Of a DNA stretch of 64,000 nucleotides, positions 47,915 to 57,364 are shown piece by piece; positions within the stretch are counted from its first letter, which is position 1; every line of letters begins with the position of its first letter. This DNA comes from Bryobacterales bacterium. Lineage in GTDB: Bacteria > Acidobacteriota > Terriglobia > Bryobacterales > UBA6623. The notes under the pieces are model-generated. The model had not been told where the DNA came from and made no database searches. It saw only the letters and a list, made by a program, of their open reading frames with translations. The position numbers and the translations under genes were made by a program. The stretch spans positions 1,082,607-1,146,606 of the forward strand of contig OZ244172.1 in assembly GCA_965216545.1 (NCBI GenBank), read 5' to 3'.

Positions 47915-50239
47915 ATGTTCATTCGCGCGCTAATCCTCTCGGCCCTCTGCTGCACGTTCGTTTTCGGTCAGTCGCCTGACGACCTCGCGGCCGGCCGCGC
48001 CCAATTCGAGACCCGCTGCGGCGGCTGCCATGGCGGCGACGGCAAGGGCGGCGCTCGTGCGCCGGACATCGTGACGCCGGCGCTCGTACCGCAGCGCAGC
48101 GACGCCGAGATCCGCGAGCTCATCCTCGAAGGGTTGCCCGCGATGGGCATGCCAGCCATTCCGACGCCGGAACCGCAGCTCAGCCAACTCGTGGCGTTCT
48201 ACTTGTCGTTGACCGCGCCGGCGTTCAATACGCCGCCGGCCGGAGGCGACGCCGCCGTCGAGCGCGGCGAGCGGCTGTTCTCTCGCGGCTGCGTCAACTG
48301 CCACACACGCGGGCCCAGCGCCAAGATCGTGGGCCCGGACCTCTCGCGCATCGGCCTGGACCGCACCTACGCCGAGATCGAAGAGTCCATCGTCGATCCG
48401 AGCGCTCGCATCGAACCGGGCTACGAGCTGGTCGAGGTGACGCTCCACGGCGGCGGGAGCTACCGCGCTTTCGCGCGCAATCGCTCGCCGCACAGCTTGC
48501 AGTTGCAGACCTTCGACGGCCGCCTTCACTTCCTCTCCCGCGGAGACTACGCCGACTCCACGGTCCTCGAGCAGTCGCTGATGGGCCAGCGCAATCGCCC
48601 GGCCGGAGATGTCGCGGCGTTGGTGGCGTTCCTGAGCCGCCAGGACGGCAAGAGCGGCGCTCTGGCCCAACAGCGCAACGGCTCGCGCCTGCCGGGCGAC
48701 CTGACCGCCGAGGAGCTCGACAACCCGAGCCCCAAGGATTGGCCGACCTACAACGGCCTAGTCGGCGGCAACCGCCACACCCAGCTCGCGCAGATCACTC
48801 CCGGCAACGTCGGCTCGCTGCGCCCGGCGTGGGTGATGCCGCTGCTCGACGCTCCGCGCGACCTCGAGATGACGCCCGTCGTCCACCGCGGCGTGATGTA
48901 CGTGACCACGGCCAACACGGTGATGGCGCTCGACGCCGAGCATGGCCGGGAGATCTGGACTTGGCAGATCCCGCGCACGCCCGGGGTGATGGGCGACGCA
49001 GGCCGCGGCGCCAACCGCGGCGTCGCGCTGCTGGGCGACAAGGTCTTCTTCGTCACCGACCACGCCCACATGGTTGCGCTCGACCGGCTGACGGGCCGGC
49101 TGCTGTGGGACGCCGAGATGGCCGACTTCAAGGACCACTACGGCGGCACGGTGGCGCCGCTCGCCGTCAAGGATGTGGTGATCGGCGGCGTGGGCGGCGG
49201 CGACGAGGGCATCCGCGGCTTCCTGGCGGCCTACGACGCGAACACCGGCGAGGAGCGCTGGCGCTTCTGGACCGTCCCGCTGCCGGGCGAGCCGCTCTCG
49301 GAGACTTGGAAGGGCTCGGTGCTGCCGCACGGCTGCGGCGGCACTTGGCTGACCGGCACGTTCGACCCCGAGCTCGACCTGCTCTACTGGCCCGTCGGCA
49401 ACCCCTGCCCGGACATGAACGGCGACGAGCGCGAGGGCGACAACCTGTACAGCGACTCGATGCTCGCGCTCGACCCCGACACCGGCGAGCTCGCTTGGTA
49501 CTACCAATACACGCCGCACGACGAGTTCGACTGGGACGCGAATCAGACCCCGGTGCTCGTCGATGTCGAGTGGCAAGGCCGCGAGCGCAAGCTGCTGTTG
49601 CACGCCAACCGCAACGGTTTTTTCTATGTTCTCGATCGGACGAATGGGGAGCTTCTACGGGGAAAGCCCTTCGTCGAGAAGCTCGATTGGTCGACCGGCA
49701 TCGACGACCACGGCCGCCCCGTCCTGGCGCCGAACAAACGACCCACCTTCGCAGGCAACGTGGTCTGCCCGGGGCTGGCCGGCGCCGCGAACTGGCCCTC
49801 GCCGGCGTACAACCCAGAGACCGGGCTCTACTACGTCAACACCGTCGAATACTGCAACTTGTTCACCAAGCGCGAAGAGAAGTGGGAGCGCGGCAAGGCG
49901 TTCTTCGGAGGCGCGGCCAAGCGCGCGCCCGGCGACGTCCCGGAGCGCTACCTGCGCGCCCTGAACGTGCGGACCGGCGAGATCGAGTGGGATCTCTACC
50001 AGGGCGACCACGGCTGGCGCACCTGGGGCGGCATCCTCTCCACCGCGACCGGGCTCGTCTTCTACGGGGATGACTCGGGCGCGTTCTCGGCGGTCCGCGC
50101 CGCCGACGGCGAGCCGCTGTGGAGCTTCCAGCTCAATGCGGCCTGGCGTGCGTCGCCCATGACGTACTCGGTTGGCGGAAAGCAGTTCGTGGCGGTGGCG
50201 GCGAGCCGCAGCGTGTATGCTTTCGCGCTGGCGGAGTAG
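47915..50239 (+). CDS. PQQ-type dehydrogenase with two N-terminal c-type heme domains
   Basis: Signal peptide; CGGCH and CVNCH; DWPTYNG, NRGVA, GNPCPD, YTPHDEFDWD, ANRNGFFYVLDR, SPMTY. Confidence 0.9.
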   Translation: MFIRALILSALCCTFVFGQSPDDLAAGRAQFETRCGGCHGGDGKGGARAPDIVTPALVPQRSDAEIRELILEGLPAMGMPAIPTPEPQLSQLVAFYLSLTAPAFNTPPAGGDAAVERGERLFSRGCVNCHTRGPSAKIVGPDLSRIGLDRTYAEIEESIVDPSARIEPGYELVEVTLHGGGSYRAFARNRSPHSLQLQTFDGRLHFLSRGDYADSTVLEQSLMGQRNRPAGDVAALVAFLSRQDGKSGALAQQRNGSRLPGDLTAEELDNPSPKDWPTYNGLVGGNRHTQLAQITPGNVGSLRPAWVMPLLDAPRDLEMTPVVHRGVMYVTTANTVMALDAEHGREIWTWQIPRTPGVMGDAGRGANRGVALLGDKVFFVTDHAHMVALDRLTGRLLWDAEMADFKDHYGGTVAPLAVKDVVIGGVGGGDEGIRGFLAAYDANTGEERWRFWTVPLPGEPLSETWKGSVLPHGCGGTWLTGTFDPELDLLYWPVGNPCPDMNGDEREGDNLYSDSMLALDPDTGELAWYYQYTPHDEFDWDANQTPVLVDVEWQGRERKLLLHANRNGFFYVLDRTNGELLRGKPFVEKLDWSTGIDDHGRPVLAPNKRPTFAGNVVCPGLAGAANWPSPAYNPETGLYYVNTVEYCNLFTKREEKWERGKAFFGGAAKRAPGDVPERYLRALNVRTGEIEWDLYQGDHGWRTWGGILSTATGLVFYGDDSGAFSAVRAADGEPLWSFQLNAAWRASPMTYSVGGKQFVAVAASRSVYAFALAE

Positions 50240-50265
50240 GGTCGATGCGCTAAAGTCACTTGCAG

Positions 50266-50538
50266 ATGGAAATCCAGCTTACCCCTAAGTCAAGGCGCTT
50301 CGTCGAGACGACAGTCGGGCGTGGCCGCTACGCGTCAGCAAGCGAGCTCGTCGCGGATGCGCTGAGGCTACTCGAGGAACGCGAGCGCATACTGGACGAC
50401 CAGCGATCGACGATCCGCGAGAAGATCGCCGAAGGGGCCGATGCCCAGGCGCGGGGAGAAATCCTCGACGGCGAGGCGGTGTTCGCTCGACTCGAGCGCG
50501 AGATTGACACGATGGAGCGGGACACCCAAACCGAGTGA
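50266..50538 (+). CDS. parD: ParD-family antitoxin
   Basis: GRYASASELVADALRLLEE pattern; overlaps the toxin start (GTGA). Confidence 0.85.
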   Translation: MEIQLTPKSRRFVETTVGRGRYASASELVADALRLLEERERILDDQRSTIREKIAEGADAQARGEILDGEAVFARLEREIDTMERDTQTE

Positions 50539-50828
50539 GCCGCTTCCATCTCACGATTCGAGCCCAGCGCGATCTGGACGAGATCGTGGTCTATGTCGGA
50601 GAAAACGGCGGTCCGGGTGTGGCCCGCCGAGTCCTGACCGCCCTCAAGAAAGCGATGCGCATTCTTGCGCGCCACCCCAACGCCGGTCAGATTCGAGATG
50701 ACCTAACGGACAAGCCGTACAGGTTTTGGTCCGTGTTCTTCTACTACATCGTCTACGATGCGTCGACGCGGCCCATCGTGGTCATTCGAGTCATCCACGG
50801 CGCCAGGGAAACGCGGCGACTTCTGTAG
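50535..50828 (+). CDS. parE: ParE/RelE-family toxin
   Basis: LTIRAQRDLDEI, HPNAGQIRDDL, YYIVY, VIRVIHGAR. Confidence 0.88.
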   Translation: MSRFHLTIRAQRDLDEIVVYVGENGGPGVARRVLTALKKAMRILARHPNAGQIRDDLTDKPYRFWSVFFYYIVYDASTRPIVVIRVIHGARETRRLL

Positions 50829-50859
50829 TTGCGCGGCGTACAGAGGAGATGCTTCCGCG

Positions 50860-51882
50860 CTAATACCCCTTCCGCTTGTCCACCACATTCAGCAGCGGCA
50901 GCCCAGCGCCGAAGCGCCGAATGTTTTCCTGCACCGTGCCGAGCATGCGCCCGCGATCCTGATCGGAACGGCCGGCGATGTGCGGGGTGATGATGACGTT
51001 GTCGAACTCCCACAGGGCGCTATCGGAGGGCAGCGGCTCGGGGTCGGTCACGTCCACGCCGGCGCCTTTTAGGCGTCCGCTGTCGAGCGCCTTGATCAGC
51101 GCGTTCAGGTCGTAGGTCCGACCGCGGCTCACCGCGATGAACCACGCCCCGCGCTTCATCCGCTCGAACTGATCCGGCCCGAGCATCTTGTGGCTTTTCT
51201 CGGTATGCGGCGCCGACATGAACACCACGTCCGCTCGCGGCAGCACGGCATTGAGCTGGTCGGGCTTGACGACGCGGCGCACGAACGGCGAGAAGGGGAT
51301 GTCCTCGGGATCGACGCCAATCACCGTCATGCCAAACGCCCAGGCGCGCTGGGAAATCTGCATCCCGATGCCGCCCACGCCGATCACCACCGCCGTCTTG
51401 CCGCGCAGCTCGTAGAGGTCGCGCGGCGTGCCCTGCCACTTCTTCTCGGCCTTGAGCGCTTGCCAGCGCGGCACGATCTCGCGCGTGAGCGAGAGCAGCA
51501 GCGCCAGCGCGTGGTCGGCGATCTCCGGGCCCTGCACGATCTGGTTGTTCGTCACGACGATGTCGCTGTCGCGCAGGGCGTTCGAGCCGGACATGTGCAG
51601 CACCTGCTCGACGCCGGCGCTGGTCACCTGCACCCATTCGAGGTTCTTGCCGGCGCGCACCCATTCCGGACGGATCGAGCCGACGAAGGCATCCGCGTCG
51701 GCGATCTCTTCGAGGATCTTGGCTTCATCGCGCCGATCGACGACGACGAGCTCGACTTTGTTCGACGCCTTGCGCCAATCGTCGAGGGCGTCGTCGTAGC
51801 TGCCCGCGACGACGACCTTCTTCTTGCCTTGTGCGCCGAGCGCAACCGCGCTCAGGGTGAGGACGACGAGTACTCGTTTCAT
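50860..51882 (-). CDS. D-2-hydroxyacid dehydrogenase-family protein with signal peptide
   Basis: GVGGIG Rossmann motif, VSRG, DVTDPEPLP, ITPHIAG; N-terminus MKRVLVVLTLSAVALGA. Confidence 0.9.
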   Translation of the reverse strand: MKRVLVVLTLSAVALGAQGKKKVVVAGSYDDALDDWRKASNKVELVVVDRRDEAKILEEIADADAFVGSIRPEWVRAGKNLEWVQVTSAGVEQVLHMSGSNALRDSDIVVTNNQIVQGPEIADHALALLLSLTREIVPRWQALKAEKKWQGTPRDLYELRGKTAVVIGVGGIGMQISQRAWAFGMTVIGVDPEDIPFSPFVRRVVKPDQLNAVLPRADVVFMSAPHTEKSHKMLGPDQFERMKRGAWFIAVSRGRTYDLNALIKALDSGRLKGAGVDVTDPEPLPSDSALWEFDNVIITPHIAGRSDQDRGRMLGTVQENIRRFGAGLPLLNVVDKRKGY

Positions 51883-51985
51883 AGTGGGGACCTCTCAGGC
51901 TGCGCAAGATTCTAGCGCATCACGGCGGCTGATGACCGCTTGACTCGCCGATTCGCCGCTGCGCACAATAGCCGACCGCAACCTC

Positions 51986-53350
51986 ATGGCCTCTACCTTT
52001 CGCGAGCTGACGTCCAAGATGGACCAGCTCTACGAGTTCGACCGCGAGCCGGTAACTCCCGACAAGCTGCAATCGGCCGGCAAGTTCGCCGGTCTGTTCG
52101 CCGGCGAGCACGTCGCGGCGACCGAGTTCGTCATCGGCGCGTTCTTCGTGCTGCACGGCGTCTCGGCGGGCGATCTGATCGGAGGGCTGATCCTCGGCAA
52201 CATCCTCGCGGTGCTCTCGTGGACCTTCATCTGCGCGCCCATCGCCACGAAGACGCGGTTGACGCTCTACTGGCAGTTGCGCGGCATCGGCGGCCCGGGG
52301 CTGATGGCGCTCTACAACGTGGTGAACGGCGTGCTGTTTTGCGGCATCGCCGGCGCGATGATCTCCGTCGCCGCCACCGCGGTGGGGCTCGGCCTGGGAA
52401 TCCCGAGCCCCGAGCTCGACGCCATCCTGCCCGCCAGCCCAGGCTGGATCGCGCTCACGCTGCTGATCGGCGCCCTGATGACGCTGGTTGCCATCCTGGG
52501 CTTCGAGAAAGTCAGCCAGTTCGCCGAGATTTGCTCGCCCTGGATGTTCGTCGTGTTCATCGCCGGTGCGCTGGCAATGCTACCGGCGCTCGGCGTGCGC
52601 CCCGACTTTTCGAACTTCTGGGAGGTCGCGCAAACCAAGATCTGGACCGGCGTGCCGACAGAAGGGCAAGACAAGTACGGTTTTTGGCACATCGCCTTTT
52701 TCGCCTGGATCTGCAACGCGAGCTTCCATCTGGGGCTCACCGACATGGCCACGCTGCGCTACGCGCCGAGTTGGAAGTACGGGCTCTTCTCGGCCTTCGG
52801 CATGTTCCCAGGACATTTCCTGGCTTGGATTTGTTCGGGCGTCATGGTGGCGGCGGTGGGCCGCGAGATGAATCCGGGTCTGATGGCCTTCGAGGCCGCC
52901 GGCTTGGCGGGCGCGTTTGCCGTGCTGGTGGCCGGGTGGACGACGGCCAACCCCACTCTGTACCGCGCCGGGCTTGCGCTCCAGACCGTTACGCCCAACT
53001 GGCCGCGCTGGAAGGTCACGCTCATCGCGGGCGCCATCACCAGCGTCATCTCGTGCTTCCCCGTCATCTTCATGCGGCTGTTGGACTACATCGCGTGGTA
53101 CGGGCTGATCTCGGTCCCGATCGGGTCGGTCGTCTTCAGCGAGTTGGTCGTGTTCCCGAGGTTGGGCATCCCGCAAGCGAAATCCGCGCTAGCCGGAGTC
53201 GCCATCAACAAGGCGGCGCTGCTGAGCTGGATCGTCGCCACGGCGCTCGTCATCGCCGCTCCGATGCACGCCTTCTACAAGCCGGCGCCGGCGTGGATCC
53301 TGGGCGTCGTGATCTATACTCTGCTGCGCAGGGCGGGGGTCGGAAGATGA
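51986..53350 (+). CDS. NCS1 (cytosine/purine permease-like) transporter
   Basis: About 12 TM helices; GEHVAATEFVIG, AGWTTANPTLY pattern of CodB-like permeases. Confidence 0.75.
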   Translation: MASTFRELTSKMDQLYEFDREPVTPDKLQSAGKFAGLFAGEHVAATEFVIGAFFVLHGVSAGDLIGGLILGNILAVLSWTFICAPIATKTRLTLYWQLRGIGGPGLMALYNVVNGVLFCGIAGAMISVAATAVGLGLGIPSPELDAILPASPGWIALTLLIGALMTLVAILGFEKVSQFAEICSPWMFVVFIAGALAMLPALGVRPDFSNFWEVAQTKIWTGVPTEGQDKYGFWHIAFFAWICNASFHLGLTDMATLRYAPSWKYGLFSAFGMFPGHFLAWICSGVMVAAVGREMNPGLMAFEAAGLAGAFAVLVAGWTTANPTLYRAGLALQTVTPNWPRWKVTLIAGAITSVISCFPVIFMRLLDYIAWYGLISVPIGSVVFSELVVFPRLGIPQAKSALAGVAINKAALLSWIVATALVIAAPMHAFYKPAPAWILGVVIYTLLRRAGVGR

Positions 53351-53526
53351 AACGCATCTTGCAAGCGCTCGCGATCGCCTCGCTCGCCGCGTGCGTGCTC
53401 TTCGCGGTGCAGCGCTTCGCCGGCGAGCTGCCCGAGGAGGTCTACAAGTCGCGCTTCTTGTGGGCTTCGATCGGCTGGTTCGTCTTCCAGACGGCGGCCT
53501 TCTCGCTGGGGCCCAAGGCTTCGTAA
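53347..53526 (+). CDS. Small two-TM membrane protein coupled to the permease
   Basis: ATGA overlap; 59 aa MKRILQALAIASLAACVLFAV...FLWASIGWFVFQTAAF. Confidence 0.7.
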   Translation: MKRILQALAIASLAACVLFAVQRFAGELPEEVYKSRFLWASIGWFVFQTAAFSLGPKAS

Positions 53527-53601
53527 GGGCGCGCGAAACAGGCCAGGCTTGAACCCCGCCGATCGGCCCCTGCGTAGACAATCTTCTACACTGACAGCCA
53601 G

Positions 53602-55095
53602 ATGCGCCGACTCGTCCTGACGCTTGGCGTCTGTCTCGCGCTCGTCTGCTCGCTGCGCGCTCAGCAAGGCGACCAGCTCGACGCCGACATTCGCATGTTC
53701 ACCGTGATGGCCGCCATCAACGCGGCCGGCTACGACGAAGGCGTCGGCGCGAGAGGCGACAGCCTGGTGCGCCAAGCCGTGCGGGTCCACCTGGAGGATT
53801 TTCAGGGAGAGGCTCGGACGCTGCTGGTGAACGCGTACGACGATCTCAAAGCAAGCGACCCGGAGGAAAACCTCTCGCAATGGGTCTCCTTCGCCCTGCT
53901 CTGCGAGCCGCCGCCGACCTTCGAGCTCCGCGCCAACCTGCCCACCGACCTGCCCTACGAAGTCCGCCGTCTGCGCGCCTTCTCGACGATCCTCGAGCGC
54001 TTTTACCACGAGGCGGAGATCGAGAGCTTGTGGCGCAAGTACCAGCCCGCCTACGCGCAGGAGCTCGACCGCGTGCAGGCCGCGCTCGCGCCGATGTTGT
54101 TCCGTACGGCCGGCTACCTGCGCATCTCGAACCAGAGCCCCGAGTTCGGCGCCTTCCGGGTCTGGGTGGATTTGCTGGCCGGGCCGGGTTCGGTCAACAT
54201 GCGCCTGTGGGGCGGCAACATGCAGGTGGTCGCACACCCCGCCGAGCGGATCCGGCTGGACGAGATCCGCCACGCCTTCCTGCTGCATCTGCTCGACCGG
54301 CTCTCGATCCGTTACCGCAACGCCGTCGCGCAAAAGGAAGTGCTCTCGCGCTTCGCCATGTTCGCGCCGGCGCTGGACGAGGCTTACAAGACGGACTTCG
54401 AGCTGCTGGTAACCAAGTCGCTGGTCAAGGCGATCGAGGCGCGGCTGGACCGCATTCCGCCCGAGCAGAAGATTGAGCGCGTGAACCAGGCGATGCGGGA
54501 AGGCTATATCCTGGCGCCCTACTTCCTCGAAGAGCTGCCTGAGTTCGAGGCAGACGGCCGCGACATCAACAAGTACTACTCCGACATGGTCTCCAGGATC
54601 GACTTGAAGAAGGAGGCTGCTCGGCTGCAAAACGTGAAGTTCGCCGAGCCCGCCGCCAAGCCGCGCCGCGAAGCCCCGCCCGCACCGCAACTCTCCGCCC
54701 TCGACAAGACGCTCAAGCGGGGCGAATTCCTGATGAACGAGGAGATGTTCGACGACGCCCGCGAGGCCTTCGAGCAAGCCAAACAACAAGCCGGAGGGAC
54801 GCACGCGCAGGCGAGCTACGGCCTCGCCCGCGTCGCGATCATGGAAGCTGAGCCGGACCTGGCCCGCGAGCACTTTCTCGAAGCGGCCGAGCTGGCCGAA
54901 GACCCGCACCTCGAGGCCATGGCGCACATCTACATTGCGCGGATCGAGGACGTGGTGGGCAACCGCGAGCAGGCGGTGGAGCACTACAAGCTGGCGCTGA
55001 ACGCGGGCGATCCTTCCCCCCGTACGCGCCAATTGGCCGAACAGGGCATCGCCGCGCCGTTCCGGAGGCCGCAGCCGGAGGAGAGCGAGCAGTGA
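53602..55095 (+). CDS. Secreted protein with C-terminal TPRs
   Basis: Signal peptide; all-helical; TPRs ASYGLARVA, AHIYIARIED. Confidence 0.8.
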   Translation: MRRLVLTLGVCLALVCSLRAQQGDQLDADIRMFTVMAAINAAGYDEGVGARGDSLVRQAVRVHLEDFQGEARTLLVNAYDDLKASDPEENLSQWVSFALLCEPPPTFELRANLPTDLPYEVRRLRAFSTILERFYHEAEIESLWRKYQPAYAQELDRVQAALAPMLFRTAGYLRISNQSPEFGAFRVWVDLLAGPGSVNMRLWGGNMQVVAHPAERIRLDEIRHAFLLHLLDRLSIRYRNAVAQKEVLSRFAMFAPALDEAYKTDFELLVTKSLVKAIEARLDRIPPEQKIERVNQAMREGYILAPYFLEELPEFEADGRDINKYYSDMVSRIDLKKEAARLQNVKFAEPAAKPRREAPPAPQLSALDKTLKRGEFLMNEEMFDDAREAFEQAKQQAGGTHAQASYGLARVAIMEAEPDLAREHFLEAAELAEDPHLEAMAHIYIARIEDVVGNREQAVEHYKLALNAGDPSPRTRQLAEQGIAAPFRRPQPEESEQ

Positions 55096-55178
55096 AACCC
55101 TGGCCCCCGGCGCCGCCGTCCAAAATCTGTAGAATGAAGAGAATCGACCGCGCCCCACGCACCTGTCCGGAGATCCCG

Positions 55179-55931
55179 ATGAAACGCTTGCTCGTTACTC
55201 TGTCCCTCGCGGCGGCGATGGCTGTCAGCGCCTTCGCCCAACAAGCCCAGCCGCAGCCCAAGTCGCAAGAGGAGGTCGACGCCATCATGGCGGTACAGGG
55301 CGCGCAGGATCCCACCGCGCGTATCGCCGCGGCCGAGAAGCTGCTCAAGGACTTCAAGGACACCGAGTTCAAGGAGTTCGCCAACTACATGATGATGCTG
55401 TCCTACCAGCAGCTCAACGACTTCGAGAACATGCTGATCTTCGGCGACGAGACGCTCAAGCACAACGAGGACAACGTCGGCGTGCTTCTGCAGCTTTCGT
55501 TCGCGATTCCGACCCGCACGCGCGAGTTCGACTTGGACAAAGAGGAGAAGCTCTCCAAGGCCGAGGACTACGCTAAGCGCGCCATCACGCTGATCCCCAA
55601 CCTGCCCAAGATGGACCCGAACCTTCCCGACGAAGAGTGGCTGGCCACCAAGAAGGACTTCATGTCGCAGGCCAACGAGTCGCTAGGGCTGATCGCGTTC
55701 AAACGCGAGAACTTCGACGGAGCCGTGGAGTCGCTCACCAAGGCGATCGAGCTTGCCGAGGCGCCGACCGGCTCGACGCTCTATCACCTCGCAAACGCCT
55801 ACCACCGAGGCGGCGACGCCACAAAGGCGCTCGAGGCGGTCAACAAGTCAATCGCCGCAGGCGGCATGCAGATGACCGATGGCACAAACGCCGCCGAGGA
55901 CCTCAAGAAGAAGATCGAGGCGGCGAACTAG
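55179..55931 (+). CDS. Secreted TPR protein
   Basis: Start set at ATG 55179 with GGAG RBS; signal peptide ending AFA-Q; TPRs. Confidence 0.8.
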   Translation: MKRLLVTLSLAAAMAVSAFAQQAQPQPKSQEEVDAIMAVQGAQDPTARIAAAEKLLKDFKDTEFKEFANYMMMLSYQQLNDFENMLIFGDETLKHNEDNVGVLLQLSFAIPTRTREFDLDKEEKLSKAEDYAKRAITLIPNLPKMDPNLPDEEWLATKKDFMSQANESLGLIAFKRENFDGAVESLTKAIELAEAPTGSTLYHLANAYHRGGDATKALEAVNKSIAAGGMQMTDGTNAAEDLKKKIEAAN

Positions 55932-55939
55932 TCCACGCC

Positions 55940-56641
55940 ATGGATGCGGACCGCGTCGAGCGCGCCCTCGGCTACCCGTTCCGCAACCGCGACCTGCTCG
56001 TTCTCGCTCTAACGCATAGCTCATTCGCGCAGGAGCAGGCGCCGCCAATCGAGCACAACGAGCGACTCGAGTTTCTGGGCGATTCCGTGCTCGGGCTTTT
56101 GGCCGCCGAGCGGCTCTCGCAGTACTTTCCCGAGCACGATGAAGGACGGTTGACCAAGCTGAAGGCGGCGCTGGTGAACGCCCGCCATCTGACCGCGGCC
56201 GCGAACGCCATCGAGCTGGGCGCGGAGCTGCGTCTGGGCCGGGCCGAGCTCGAGACCGGCGGACGTTCGAAGCCCGGCGTGCTGGCGGACGCGCTCGAAG
56301 CCGTTCTGGCAGCGGTCTTCCTAGACGGCGGCCTCGAGGCCGCTCGCGGAGTCGCCGAACGGCTATTGCTGCGGGACGAGCAGATCGCGCACGCCGAAGA
56401 GCACCTCGAGCAGGCTAACGCCAAGTCGGCTCTGCAGGAGCTGCTGCAGGCGCGCAAGCTGCCGCCGCCGCGCTACGACCTGGTGGACGAAACGGGCCCG
56501 GCGCACGAACGCACGTTCTGCGTCGAGCTCGAATTGATAGGCGAATTCCGGACGCGAGCCGAAGGCCGCACCAAGCGCAGCGCCGAGCAGGCCGCGGCGC
56601 GCGACGCGCTCGAGCGCCGCGACGAATGGTTGGAAACGTAA
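55940..56641 (+). CDS. rnc: Ribonuclease III
   Basis: ALTHSS, HNERLEFLGDSVL, ADALEA, dsRBD KSALQELLQ...GPAH...KRSAEQAAA. Confidence 0.97.
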   Translation: MDADRVERALGYPFRNRDLLVLALTHSSFAQEQAPPIEHNERLEFLGDSVLGLLAAERLSQYFPEHDEGRLTKLKAALVNARHLTAAANAIELGAELRLGRAELETGGRSKPGVLADALEAVLAAVFLDGGLEAARGVAERLLLRDEQIAHAEEHLEQANAKSALQELLQARKLPPPRYDLVDETGPAHERTFCVELELIGEFRTRAEGRTKRSAEQAAARDALERRDEWLET

Positions 56642-56678
56642 CGCCCGGCGCTCGGAAACCGTACAATACATGGGCGCA

Positions 56679-57251
56679 ATGAAGACTCGAAAGATCCTCC
56701 CTATTCTGCTGTTATTCGCGGCGGCGCTCTCGCTCGGCGCCATGTCGATGCGGGAGAGTCAGGCGGCGTCGGAGAAGCTCGACCGCATCACCAACGACAA
56801 GCTCGAGCCCGGCGAGGTCGTGGAGCTGACCGACGAGGAGATCAACTCGTTCCTGCACTACGAATATGCCGAGGAGCTGCCGGACGGCATCCGCGGCCTA
56901 CGCGTGAAGTTCGAGAAGGACATCGGCCTGGTGACCGGGACGGCCGACTTCTCGAAGCTGTCGGCAAGCTCGTCGGGGGCGGGCCGCTTCCTGCTGATGA
57001 TGCTGCGCGGCGAGCGTCCCTTCCAAGCGCGAGTCCGCTACGTGGCTTCGGGAGGGGAGGCGCGCGTCGACGTCGAATCGTTCAAGATCAACGGCCGCGA
57101 GATGAAAGGCTTGATCCTGGACTGGGCGGTCAACACCTATGTCGCGCCCAACATGGAGGGCTTCGAGCTGGGGCGGCCCACGCCGCTGGGGCACAACCTG
57201 GACGCGGTGCAGCTCGAAACCGGCAGGGCAATCCTGACGGCCGTGGACTAG
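56679..57251 (+). CDS. Hypothetical exported protein
   Basis: Signal peptide; LTDEEINSFL followed by a beta-rich body. Confidence 0.7.
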   Translation: MKTRKILPILLLFAAALSLGAMSMRESQAASEKLDRITNDKLEPGEVVELTDEEINSFLHYEYAEELPDGIRGLRVKFEKDIGLVTGTADFSKLSASSSGAGRFLLMMLRGERPFQARVRYVASGGEARVDVESFKINGREMKGLILDWAVNTYVAPNMEGFELGRPTPLGHNLDAVQLETGRAILTAVD

Positions 57252-57364
57252 GCGCCACGGATCGCCGTCTCGAACGTGTCCCTGGAGACACACATTGTCA
57301 AATCTTTCTCATTGATTCCGCGAGACTTAATTTCGATAACGCGATTTGTCTATGATGTTTGGGA

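Noticed and set aside
51940-53346. 528-aa ORF overlapping the permease
   Set aside because: Off-frame Arg-rich sequence; only the last 59 codons look like real protein.
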